DNA of 63,754 nt, counting the filler, from Octopus bimaculoides (taxonomy: Eukaryota), in the NCBI RefSeq assembly GCF_001194135.2. It is 8 parts of 7 records of this genome, joined end to end, with 100 filler letters (N's around TTAATTAATTAA, not from the genome) between each part and the next. Parts side by side here need not be neighbours in the genome. Positions count along the whole stretch, not along the records: positions 39,194 to 54,248 come from NC_068987.1; positions 54,349 to 59,292 come from NC_068987.1; positions 59,393 to 62,466 come from NW_026351364.1; positions 62,567 to 63,754 come from NC_068982.1; 4 more parts are not named here. One strand, 5' to 3'. This document shows positions 52,825 to 63,754 of this stretch, one piece after another. The notes under the pieces were generated by a model. The model did no database searches, had not been told where the DNA came from, and saw only the letters and a list, made by a program, of their open reading frames with translations. The position numbers were made by a program, and so were the translations under genes. Numbering within the stretch: position 1 is the first letter of the stretch; every line of letters starts with the position of its first letter.

Positions 52825-53529
52825 ACATATAAACATACACACAGCCAGATATATCTATTATATAGACCATACATGTAAGTGTGTTTTCTGTAACATATGT
52901 GTTAGTTTGCGAGAGTGAAATAAGTAGTTTTCGATTAACTTTGCTTCCATCTTAAGTGGTTTTCTTTGTAAGGCCATTAGAAAATAAATACAAACACAAT
53001 TCAGTAAATATATGCATGAATATTACAGAGCAAATCTAAGAGGAATTTTGAGATGTTGTGATTATGAAATATCGTTATACTAATAAACAAATTGCTAGAA
53101 AGCACTTGATGCAAGAAAATGTCTGAGATATAAGTGACCAACTGTTTCAAACGTATTTAATTTGGCTTCTTCATGTTTAACTTAACAACGTTTGCACCCG
53201 AATCACATTTTGTGAGAAACTATTATCGATATTTGTGGCGAAAATTCTAAAATACATCTCACGACTCTTACAACTATTGTTTTAAATAATATGCAAACTC
53301 ATGTAATAGAAATGAAATTCATTAGTATAGCACTTGAACAAAATTATTCAACATCAAGTAGTGATATAGGAGTAGATCCTGCTGAGGCATTGTAATATTC
53401 GGCATATCATAATCAATTTCCATTCGAATTTTGATAGGTTAATATGGGACTTGTTCTTCTTTTGTAATGACTTATGTATTATATGTATCATATATATATG
53501 ATATGTATGTGAATAAAAGAATTTAAAAT

Positions 53530-53715
53530 TTTGGTTCAAGACCAGCAATTTCAGTGTTGGGATGGAGGCGCTAAATTAATTAAATCGGCTCCAGTGCTCA
53601 ACAGGATTTTCTGTTATCGGTCTTAAAATGATGATAGGCAAAGTCGACCACAGAGAGGAATTTGAATTCAGGACGTTAAGACGGACGAAATGCGGCAAAG
53701 TATTTTGCTTGGCGA
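53530..53715 (-). mobile_element. SINE family A, degenerate
   Basis: ggcaaagtcgaccacagagaggaatttgaattcaggacg. Confidence 0.75.
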
Positions 53716-54033
53716 AAGCATATCAATAAAAGAAGAAGAAGAATTATGAAGGAATTTCAGAAATATAATATGTGGTGGTAGCTTGAATACAAGTGACAAA
53801 AACACATCAAAGCGTTTGAAAATTACGAAATGTACAGTCAAGATCTTTTGTCGGACGCTATATCCTTTTGGTTATTGAAATGTAAACATTGAAATAACTG
53901 CTTAAAAGGTATTTATCGGTTCTGTTCAATAAGGACCAATAAGTATCAGAACCCACGTATTAGCAAACGGGGACGTTATTGTTATTTGTTTTTGTGGCAT
54001 TACTTACATTTGACGGATATTTGTCCTCATCTT

Positions 54034-54072
54034 GTTTCAGCTGATATACCCTCCAGCCTTCATCAGGAGTCT
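54034..54072 (-). ncRNA. Partial hammerhead motif (core plus stem II; stem III missing)
   Basis: Minus strand reads CTGATGA A GGCTG gagggtatat CAGCT GAAAC. No recognisable stem III or cleavage site follows. Confidence 0.45.
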
Positions 54073-54160
54073 TGGGAAAATTTCGAACCTGGGTTCTCAT
54101 TCCTAAGGTATTTTTCGATGTTATTATTATTATTACTACTATCATTATTATTATTATTAT

Positions 54161-54236
54161 TCAGGTCACTACCTGGAATCGAACTCGGAATCTTGGGGTT
54201 AGTAGCCCGCGCTCTTAACCACTACGCCATATGCCC
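54161..54236 (-). mobile_element. tRNA-derived SINE head with (AAT)n tract
   Basis: GGGCATATGGCGTAGTGGTTAAGAGCGCGGGCTACTAACCCCAAGATTCCGAGTTCGATTCCAGGTAGTGACCTGA. A box TGGCGTAGTGG, B box GAGTTCGATTCC. Acceptor stem does not pair, so not a tRNA gene. Confidence 0.7.
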
Positions 54237-54348
54237 ATGGGCGCAGTANNNNNNNNNNNNNNNNNNNNNNNNNNNNNNNNNNNNNNNNNNNNTTAATTAA
54301 TTAANNNNNNNNNNNNNNNNNNNNNNNNNNNNNNNNNNNNNNNNNNNN

Positions 54349-54382
<34 letters not shown>

Positions 54383-55315
54383 TTACATATGCACACATGC
54401 TTGTACATATATGCCTATGTATACACATAGACAACGACACTTACATATAGACACTTATACATATATATACGCAGGCACACATAGACTTATGCACATATAC
54501 AGATACATACATATATATACACGCATACATACGCATGCATATAAATATGTTAATAAGCTCATATATATACATACACACATGCACACACGTAGATAAACAA
54601 TTATATGCATAAAAACTACTGCGCTTATATAAAGAGTTACTATTTATATACGTCCGCGAATCTACTTAAATATAAATATAGTATAAATAGTTACTATATA
54701 TAAGTGCAGTAGTTTTTATGTAAATGTTGTTTATCTACGTTGTGTCTATGTATTTGTATGTAAGTGTTTGTGTATGTGTGTGTGTATATATATACATCCA
54801 AACAAAACATATTGCGTGTGTGTATATACATGCAAATAAAGACATTATTTGTGTGTGTGTGTGTATACATGCGAATAAAGACATATATGTGTATACTTAC
54901 ATAGAAATAGTATATGTCTTTGGGTATACAGGTTTTTGTTGTGTGTATGTATATATATGAGCTTATTAGTATGTATATGTGTATGTGCATATATGTATCT
55001 ATGTATACATGTCTGCGTGCGCGCGCGCATATATATATATATAGATATATAGACACACACGCACACCACACGCGGCTAATAATACATTTTTGATTGTTAT
55101 CTCCCTTGCATTGGCCCTCGGCTTTTGCAAGAATTTACGTTCATCATAGATTAATTAATTCTTTAATTATTCGACACTGTTCATGCTCATCCACATACAT
55201 ACATGCATGCATACATACATACATACATACATACATATGTATGTGTACATATGTATGTGTGTATACCTACCTACCTACCTGCCTACCAATCGACCGACCT
55301 AACTACCTACCTATT

Positions 55316-55383
<68 letters not shown>

Positions 55384-55754
55384 GTAGCTAGCTATAGCAT
55401 GCTTTTGGTTGATGTCTGAGCATATGCATATATATATTAGTCCATGAAGTCGAAAGTTCAATTAAATATTTGTAAGTTTATAAACACGTATTTTTGTAAA
55501 TCGTGTGATATCAAGAATGCGTAATGTAAATGTTATACATGTCTGTGTAGTTAAGAATTTCAGCTTGAGTTTCTGGGGGTACAATGTTTGTAATTAATAT
55601 TGTGCAAGTAATCGATGTCCCAAAAATTATCAAGTGCACATAGTTGGCACGGTAGGTGAAGCGTCATACTAGAAATTTCGAAGTATAAAATGTTTCTTGT
55701 GCTTGCACAGTGATAAAATTTCTTCCCTAATATTCAAAATATTCATTTATGCTA

Positions 55755-55920
55755 TTATGGTATTTAATTTCCCTATGAGACAGAGGTCGCATTTGCTGCC
55801 CCGTCGCTTATATTTGTTGGCCTGAGCGATGATGCTCCAATTTATATGGGAGTTGTCATCCACACATATCCTCTCTTTAAGGTTCCATATCATATTGGAT
55901 AAAGATGTTGCGTTTCTTCG
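55755..55920 (-). mobile_element. Penelope-like element C-terminal remnant
   Basis: LSNMIWNLKER...NWSIIAQANKYKRRGSKCDLCL, the same LSKxIW...W.I...C.LC tail as the fragment at 42.5-42.8 kb. Confidence 0.7.
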
Positions 55921-56268
55921 GTTCTTGTCTCTAAAAAAAAAAAAACCGGGTACTTTACTACAGATAAATTAAATATCATTACATCAACGATGAACGTTTT
56001 GAGCAGTAAGGAAAAAACTTTCTTCCCTTGCATGCCCGTTTTATTTATTTATTGGAAATCAATTTTAACAAGGCGACACCAGCAATGAAACGGGTTTCAA
56101 GCAACCGCTTCGTATATTGGGAGTAAAAGGAGAGAAGGATCATCGAATGAGAAATTGCTCTAAGACTAATAAAACAATCAATGCAATATATGAAAGAATT
56201 AAAATCATTGTATTTTTGCCTGGGAAAATTAAAAAAAAAAAAAAAAAAAAGGCAGAAGAGAATAAAAA

Positions 56269-56640
56269 GAGTTACAGCAAAATTTGTGCCTCGCTTGTTC
56301 ACGGAACATCAAAAGCAGTCACGACTGAATGCGTGTCGTAAACTGAAAGAACAGCTGGAAGTTGATCCGGACCTTTTTTTCGAAGGTCATCACTGGTAAC
56401 GAAAGATGGTGCAACGGAATTTGCAGATGTGGAAGTGGCGAAGAAAAATAACGACGGAGGCGTTAAAAGGAATCACTTTGCAAGAGTTCCAGCACTGCTT
56501 CGAACGGTGGAAAACGTGTCTGGACCGATGCATTGCTTCAAGCAGAGAATACTTTGAAGGCGATAAAAGTGTAAACATGTAAAACTAAGTGAATAAATTA
56601 ATGTAGCAAAATTCCGGTTTCCTTTTGGTTCGCCCTCGCT
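56269..56640 (+). mobile_element. Second, 5'-truncated copy of the same deleted mariner, with 3' TIR-like end
   Basis: RVTAKFVPRL...KVITGNERWC/EFADVE...WKTCLDRCIAS.REYFEGD. Ends caaaattccggtttccttttggttcgccctcg. Confidence 0.85.
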
Positions 56641-56884
56641 GTAAAGTAAATACTTTAGTCAATTTTTTCGACTGAAATCCTTCGAGGTGGTGCTCAAGCA
56701 TGGCCACAGTTCAGTGACTGAAACAAGTAAAAGATAAAAGCTAAATAAATAAATAAATGAATAAATAACAAGTCTTTGGAAATAGTGAGAAATTCCAGTG
56801 TCAGACGGTAGGATATGTCGATTGGAACAATACTCGGTCATGTCAGTGCGCATGACAAGTGGACTTTTTAAGTAAAGTGACAGA

Positions 56885-56963
<79 letters not shown>

Positions 56964-57051
56964 AAAGATCTCCGTCCACTGAAGTGTCCAGCTGAAGGTC
57001 AACCACACCACTCAGACGTAATTGATTATCAGATTTGTGCGCGCGCGCGTA

Positions 57052-57102
<51 letters not shown>

Positions 57103-57458
57103 GTGTGTGTGTATGCATGTATATGTACAGACACACACGTACGCACACACACACACATACATACATATATACGTACCTATATACATACGATAGAGCTGAC
57201 CAACAAATTGGAGAAGGAGGGGGAAAGACGAAGAGGTTTGGTAGGAGGTAGATATCGCTGTTTATATTATGAGACATTATTTTATAGTTGATATTAATGT
57301 CTTTTCCGATTTTTCTCTTTACATTTCTTTTAAACACTTACGGTGTTCTTCAAATTGGTGTTCTTATATATAAAAATGGTAAGAATGATGGTGAGAGTGA
57401 ACTGAGAGGGTGTGCGATAAGATAGAAGAAGAGAGAAGTGATATCTAGAGGTACTGGG

Positions 57459-57489
<31 letters not shown>

Positions 57490-57604
57490 GGGAGCAAACT
57501 GTGAGAAAAAGAGAGTGGGGAGATAGAAACTACTGTATGAATTAAGTATGCGCGCGCGCGTATGCGTAATTCAAAATTTTGAATAACCATACGCAGGAGT
57601 GTAT

Positions 57605-57772
57605 GGCGCAGGAGTAGCTGTGTGGTAAGTAAATTGCTTACCAACCACATGGTTCTGGGTTCAGTCCCACTGCGTGGCATCTTGGGCAAGTGTCTTCTAC
57701 TATAGCCTCGGGCCGACCAAAGCTTTGTGAGTGGATTTGGTAGACGGAAAATGAAAGAAGCCCATCGTATAT
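57605..57772 (+). mobile_element. SINE family B
   Basis: ggcgcaggagtagctgtgtggtaag...gaagcccatcgtatat. Confidence 0.85.
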
Positions 57773-58494
57773 NNNNNNNNNNNNNNNNNNNNNNNNNNNN
57801 NNNNNNNNNNNNNNNNNNNNNNNNNNNNNNNNNNNNNNNNNNNNNNNNNNNNNNNNNNNNNNNNNNNNNNNNNNNNNNNNNNNNNNNNNNNNNNNNNNNN
57901 NNNNNNNNNNNNNNNNNNNNNNNNNNNNNNNNNNNNNNNNNNNNNNNNNNNNNNNNNNNNNNNNNNNNNNNNNNNNNNNNNNNNNNNNNNNNNNNNNNNN
58001 NNNNNNNNNNNNNNNNNNNNNNNNNNNNNNNNNNNNNNNNNNNNNNNNNNNNNNNNNNNNNNNNNNNNNNNNNNNNNNNNNNNNNNNNNNNNNNNNNNNN
58101 NNNNNNNNNNNNNNNNNNNNNNNNNNNNNNNNNNNNNNNNNNNNNNNNNNNNNNNNNNNNNNNNNNNNNNNNNNNNNNNNNNNNNNNNNNNNNNNNNNNN
58201 NNNNNNNNNNNNNNNNNNNNNNNNNNNNNNNNNNNNNNNNNNNNNNNNNNNNNNNNNNNNNNNNNNNNNNNNNNNNNNNNNNNNNNNNNNNNNNNNNNNN
58301 NNNNNNNNNNNNNNNNNNNNNNNNNNNNNNNNNNNNNNNNNNNNNNNNNNNNNNNNNNNNNNNNNNNNNNNNNNNNNNNNNNNNNNNNNNNNNNNNNNNN
58401 NNNNNNNNNNNNNNNNNNCGACTTAGTCCCTTCCCCGAAACAGCTGGCCTTGTGCCAAAATTTGAAGCCAATATTTCTGTTGTAAATACGAAAG

Positions 58495-58690
58495 AGATTT
58501 TTCTATTTTATCTTTTACTTATACTTGTTTCATTCATTAGACTGCGGCCGTGCTGAAGCACCGCTCTGGAGGAGTTTTAGTCGAGCAAATCGGCCTTACA
58601 AGTAGTTTTTAGTCTGGTTCTCATTCTACCGAATCACTACTTTACAGGGGCATAAACAAATGAACATCTGCCATCAAGTTGCCGAACCAC
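58495..58690 (-). mobile_element. SINE-like family C abutting the gag stub
   Basis: agactgcggccgtgctgaagcaccgc...ttttagtcgagcaaatcg. Confidence 0.75.
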
Positions 58691-58844
58691 TACTTACCTT
58701 TTCATCGGCAGTTGTACCTTTCAGGAAGCTCTTGAAAGCTAATTGACATTTCTGTTTGAATTTCTTGAACGCTTCCACGATATCATCGGCGTCCCAGTTC
58801 ATGGTCGGATGCAGATTCATCTGTACGGTAACGGGGACCGCCAT
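58674..58844 (-). pseudogene. Truncated Gypsy gag N-terminus (56 codons)
   Basis: MAVPVTVQMNLHPTMNWDADDIVEAFKKFKQKCQLAFKSFLKGTTADEKVS. Resembles the recalled MxW...EAxxKFKQ...F...LK...EEK.SY gag start of invertebrate Gypsy elements. Lies 110 nt after the PBS and runs into a SINE. Confidence 0.7.
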
Positions 58845-58964
58845 TTCGGATCCTCGTGTATGTCCGAAGACGAAGCGATATTCAGTTTGTTAAATTTCAG
58901 ACATGTTGTGTTCCTGTTTTGTTGTAAAGGCACGGTTTTCTCATAAGTATTTATCGCTGCACCA

Positions 58965-59210
58965 TGTTATATATTCTTTTGGTTCGTGTTGGGACAATAA
59001 ACAACTCATTGAAGGCGTTATTTTGATTCTACGTGTTTATTTATTTGGCATGTTTACAACTGTATATGTATAGCAACTGTATATGATACACACTGTGCAC
59101 ATCCGCTTTTGTCACAGTTCATACTGTTTACTAACAAAATAGTACTAATAGTGGGGATGTATTCATATATACGTATACCTACGCATACACATAGATATGA
59201 ACATATAACA
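58965..59210 (-). mobile_element. LTR (246 bp) of a Ty3/Gypsy-type retrotransposon
   Basis: Perfect 8-bp inverted termini TGTTATAT...ATATAACA and internal AATAAA. Followed immediately on the minus strand by PBS-like TGGTGCAGCG (58964-58955). Confidence 0.75.
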
Positions 59211-61677
59211 AATATATATGTTTAAACTGTACATTGTCAAGGTGATGAGGATCGAGGTGCAGTACTTCAAATCTGAAAGGGAGGGAGGGAGANNNNNNNN
59301 NNNNNNNNNNNNNNNNNNNNNNNNNNNNNNNNNNNNTTAATTAATTAANNNNNNNNNNNNNNNNNNNNNNNNNNNNNNNNNNNNNNNNNNNNTATATATA
59401 TATATCTACCTACCTACCTACCTGCGCAATATCGCAATATCGCTCTTAATAAAGCCGTTGCTGTTGATGTCGATGTTGAAACATGCTACGTGATAAAAAG
59501 ATTGGATGTTTCCATCGACATGATAAGGACTCGACAGTGCGCATGCTCAGTTCAAGGGACAGTAATCGGGTCAATGATGGCGGTTGGCAGACATGTTGAC
59601 TCATCAACAGAACAGTACGTATAAGCGAATTGTCGCCATATTTATTAGGGATCAGAGAGGTCTCGATATAGCAGGGTGTGCTTAGATTTATTTATGATTA
59701 CCAATATGCAATGGTAGATATTCATATACATATGTACATATGTGTATGACTATATACAATTATTTACTTACATATGCATGTATAAATACACACACACACA
59801 CGCACACACAGAGACATATATAGATATATACACACAGGCATATATATGTAGTTATATAAGTATATATGTGTGTGTTTATTTATCTATCACTGTATATATT
59901 GTTATGCACCATATATGTACATATATGTATATACCTAATTACATACATGTATACTTATATATGTATATATATATGTATATGCATATGTATATATATCCTT
60001 ACCAATACATTCGTATATATACACATATATATGTACACACACATATACACATAGATGCATACAAGCGTACATACACATACATAGATTCATACATACATGC
60101 ATACCTTCATATATATCAGTAGATACACACATACACACATATACACACATACATACATACATACATACATACAAACATACATACATACATACACACACAC
60201 ACATATATATATATATATTAAACGTTGACGCATCGAGCTATATCATGGCTTTGTATTTATGACGACTGTTATGTGATACACAACGACTAATATTAAATAA
60301 TAATCTAATTAAACGTTTAGTATTATTCCCACTATTTATCTAATAACTCTATGACACTGAGTGAAAAGATTTTGATATATATATAGACTACTGTCTATCC
60401 ATATACTCAATGCGTTTGCGGTTACACAAGACAAACAGAGCAGTACTTAATGTAATATTTTCGAATCGAACACGATTCGGCTTAGAGTTACATGTTCACG
60501 AGAGTGTTGTGAAAATTAGAAATTGTAGCAAATCGATACAATTATGAAGAATCGATATTTAATACAGTACCCAGGATCCTACCATTTCAATCGAAAGTAA
60601 GGACCCGGTACTGTAAGGGTTTAGTTTTCGAGGGCCCACAACTTTTGAACACTCTGGCAAAATACTTCAGAAGCTCGTGATTTGTAGATGTGAATGTTTC
60701 CAGCAGCAGCAACTACAAAAAGAACAAGAACAACAACAAGAACAGGAACATTTTCTTTTCTGAAAAAGTTTAGAGTTTCGACCTTTTTGTATGTCTCATC
60801 ATTCAAAGCTACGCCAATAGCATTGAACAAGTTGTTTGGTGATGTCTGACGTCTGCTAATCGGTAATAAATCGTTATATAGACGATGAAATGTGACAATC
60901 AAAACGATGACGTACATTATTCAGTCTCATTACTTCCGGCAGATTCGAACATGAATAGGCTAATCGCTGTTTTATTTCATCATTGGGGAGCAACTACTCT
61001 TTTTAGACACATGTGTGTTCCCAACGCCAACGATTTATTGTATGCTGAATTTTCTAAACAAGAGCTAAAACACTTACTAGTTTCGTTGATCTGGATAGCT
61101 TTGTGTGAGTAGATACACAATAGAATTGATACACAGGTGGTCATGTGTCCTCCTACGCTAATGTATCAAGCGCGTTATCAACAAACATTCGTCCGACAGG
61201 AGACGTTATTTCTGAATAACGAAATAAAACAGGGATAAGCATGTTCACGTTCGAATGTGTCCGAACAAAATAAGAATGAATGCGTTCGTCATCGCCTTGA
61301 TTCTCGGTGTTCTCCGGGCATATGATACACATTCATATATATCTATACTTGTATACATACATACATGCATATATATATATACACATATACATACACACAC
61401 ACACATACACACAAACACACACACACACACATATATATGTATATCTATATCTATCAACCAATTAATTTATCTATTTATGTCACTCTCTCTTGCCTCTCTC
61501 TCCCTCTCTCTCCTTCTCTCTCCCTCCCTCTCTTTTTCTCTTTATATATATNNNNNNNNNNNNNNNNNNNNNNNNNNNNNNNNNNNNNNNNNNNNNNNNN
61601 NNNNNNNNNNNNNNAACTAAAAAAATATGCTTATATATTTGCGTGTAGGTGTGGTGAGTTTGTGTGTTTGTGCTTGG

Positions 61678-61733
<56 letters not shown>

Positions 61734-62206
61734 ATTTGTGTGCGTGCGTGTGTGTGTTTGTGTGTGTAGGATATAATACGCATGCTGCACTCATCCTATG
61801 TAGTTACTTACCTATAATGCAACTTTAATTATTGGTTTCGAGTGGTTTTTTATTCCATTAGAATGGGACACGATCACTCCTAATTATTAGCAGACGATAA
61901 CGTTAGTAAATCGGTTCAAACAGGTAATTCTCTATTGTGAGGAGTTAAAAAAAAGCAACAAGGCAGTCACAGCCAGTGTGTCGCCATCGCTCAGAAGAGT
62001 CTCGTATTACTGCTACTTTCATGTACACCTTCCCTGGCCAACCGAGATAATACTCATACGTACATATACGTGTGCGTATACGAGTTCAGATGCGTATACG
62101 AGTTCAGATGTAGACACATAGAGCGTACACACACACACGGACTCCCCCACTCACTGAGACATGCTCACACGTCAATCTCCCTACATATATATGTATGTAT
62201 ATATAT

Positions 62207-62430
62207 GACGAGCCGTTTTAACGATGCGTCCTGCCCGAAGCTCGTCGAAACGCCGGTGTTAAAACGTGGGTAGCTGATGAAGTAGAATGTTCTCTATGTG
62301 GCTCGTGTGTTCTCGTCTACGTTTGTTTGCAATGTCCTGTACCCAGATATGCACCTATACATACAGGTGGATGTCGGTATGCACATACCTGTACGTATAT
62401 ATGCATATACTAATTTACTATTTGTTTTTA
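62207..62430 (+). repeat. Family D copy
   Basis: Shares a long identical block tcctgtacccagatatgcacctatacatacaggtggatgtcggtatgcacatacctgtacgtatatatgcatatact with the 40.4-kb copy. Confidence 0.8.
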
Positions 62431-63289
62431 CATGATTGAACGCAGCGTCTCACAAAAATTTTAAGTNNNNNNNNNNNNNNNNNNNNNNNNNNNNNNNNNN
62501 NNNNNNNNNNTTAATTAATTAANNNNNNNNNNNNNNNNNNNNNNNNNNNNNNNNNNNNNNNNNNNNTATATATATATATATATATATTTATATCAAGTGC
62601 TTACACGCACAAGAGTCTGTGTGTGTGTATGAGTGTTTACGTGGTTGTGTGTATGCGCGGAGTGGATTTGTACTATGAATGTATTTATAAGAACAATAAA
62701 ACAACAAGATAAACTGAAGAGGTGAAGGCAGCGGCAGCGGCGATGGTGGTGATGATGGTGATGAAGTAGTATACGTGGATGCTAGCGTGAGTGGGGCGGG
62801 AAAGCGGTTTGAAATGCGATAAACACTGAGGTTAAACACATCAACGGCGACGGTCGGTGTCTCCCACGCGTATTAAAGTCGTTGTTATCAACGGATCGAC
62901 AGATGCTAATAAAACACTGAGCTATAATAAACCTGTCTGAGAGGTGAGTAACGGTGAGAGATAGGTACAGGTGGAAGGTGAAGGAAAAAGGGGGGGCAAG
63001 GGGAGGAAGAGGAGGAAGAGAAAGGAGGCGTTTGTCAAAGAAGGAAGATGCGAAGGTTGTTGCTGCTGTGCTGTGATGTTGTTAACTCCAAGTCTGTCTT
63101 GATTGAATAAATCTATGATCAAACGTTTCACTTTGGGCTACATTCATACAATCTTTATATATATATATATATATATTTGTGGCAGCATAGCGTAGTTTAA
63201 GTGAGGATTAGCTGCTATTTCTAACAGCTTGAGCGAATCTTCAAAAGAAAGGTGGGATTTGTTACATATGGATGGGGTGCTGGGAGGAG

Positions 63290-63425
63290 GAGAAGAAGAA
63301 GAAGAAGAAGAAGAAGAAGAAGAAGAAGAAGAAGAAGAAGAAGAAGAAGAAGAAGAAGAAGAAGAAGAAGAAGAAGACGATGACGATGACGATGATAATG
63401 AGGATGATGATGATGATGATGATAA
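63290..63425. repeat. (GAA)n-(GAT)n array
   Basis: Seen directly. Confidence 0.95.
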
Positions 63426-63682
63426 AGACAAATCAAATCTAGTACTTTATTGATGTTTGGAAGCGTGGGAGAGAAGATAAACAAAGACGAGGCAATATAA
63501 GAGAAACAAGAGTGATGGGAAGTGATGTTGTGGTAAATTAAATTTTGTCTGGGAACAGAATAATGTTTAGAGAAGGTGGGGAAGGAGTGCTTCTTTGATA
63601 TTTTTTATTAATAATTCTATTAATAATTTTTTATTAATAATTTTAAAAAAATTTTTTTATCAATATTATATTTTGCATTAAA

Positions 63683-63754
63683 GCGACGAGCTGGCACAAT
63701 CCTTATTGCACCGGACAAAAAGCTTAGCGGCATTTCTTCCGACTTTAAATTCTA
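63683..63754 (+). mobile_element. SINE family A head, cut by the window end
   Basis: gcgacgagctggcacaatcc...gcttagcggcatttc. Confidence 0.65.

Noticed and set aside
54161-54236. Genuine tRNA gene
   Set aside because: Acceptor and anticodon stems pair poorly and there is no T-run terminator; treated as a SINE head.
12478-62522. Seven identical TTAATTAATTAA palindromes (12478, 19300, 28653, 39138, 54293, 59337, 62511)
   Set aside because: Each sits in the middle of an N run of similar length and carries stops in all six frames: a scaffolding spacer, not biology.
1427-63484. Hundreds of ORFs with poly-Q/H/D/K/I/CV/YI tracts or X runs
   Set aside because: Translations of microsatellites and gaps; no splice signals or domain motifs.

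Overview
Eukaryotic, microsatellite-saturated draft-assembly DNA with roughly 9 kb (~14%) of N gaps. The SINE families and repeat style point to an octopod cephalopod, most likely Octopus (inference). The only host gene I can support is a cGMP-dependent protein kinase (PKG/PRKG1-like) on the minus strand. Five exons (37794-37862, 37141-37218, 36507-36654, 33849-33988, 31732-31821; 525 nt) were found by eye, all with AG/GT boundaries and matching phases. They splice into one frame covering the end of cNMP domain B, a linker and the kinase N-lobe. No other PKG exon was found, so the rest of the window is probably its flanking introns. That DNA holds three families of tRNA-type SINEs, decayed LINEs (R4/Dong-like, Tx1-like, CR1-like), Penelope-like GIY-YIG fragments, mariner derivatives, a hAT MITE, fold-back MITEs and a Gypsy LTR-PBS-gag stub. 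Several hammerhead-ribozyme motifs are present, and the one at 38095-38168 appears complete. Almost every ORF in the supplied track is an artefact of simple repeats or N runs. I see no CRISPR array, rRNA or genuine tRNA gene. I cannot claim a wholly new biological system; the best leads are the intact-looking hammerhead, a tRNA-head/hammerhead chimera, and the LTR-gag stub ending at a splice-donor-like site.
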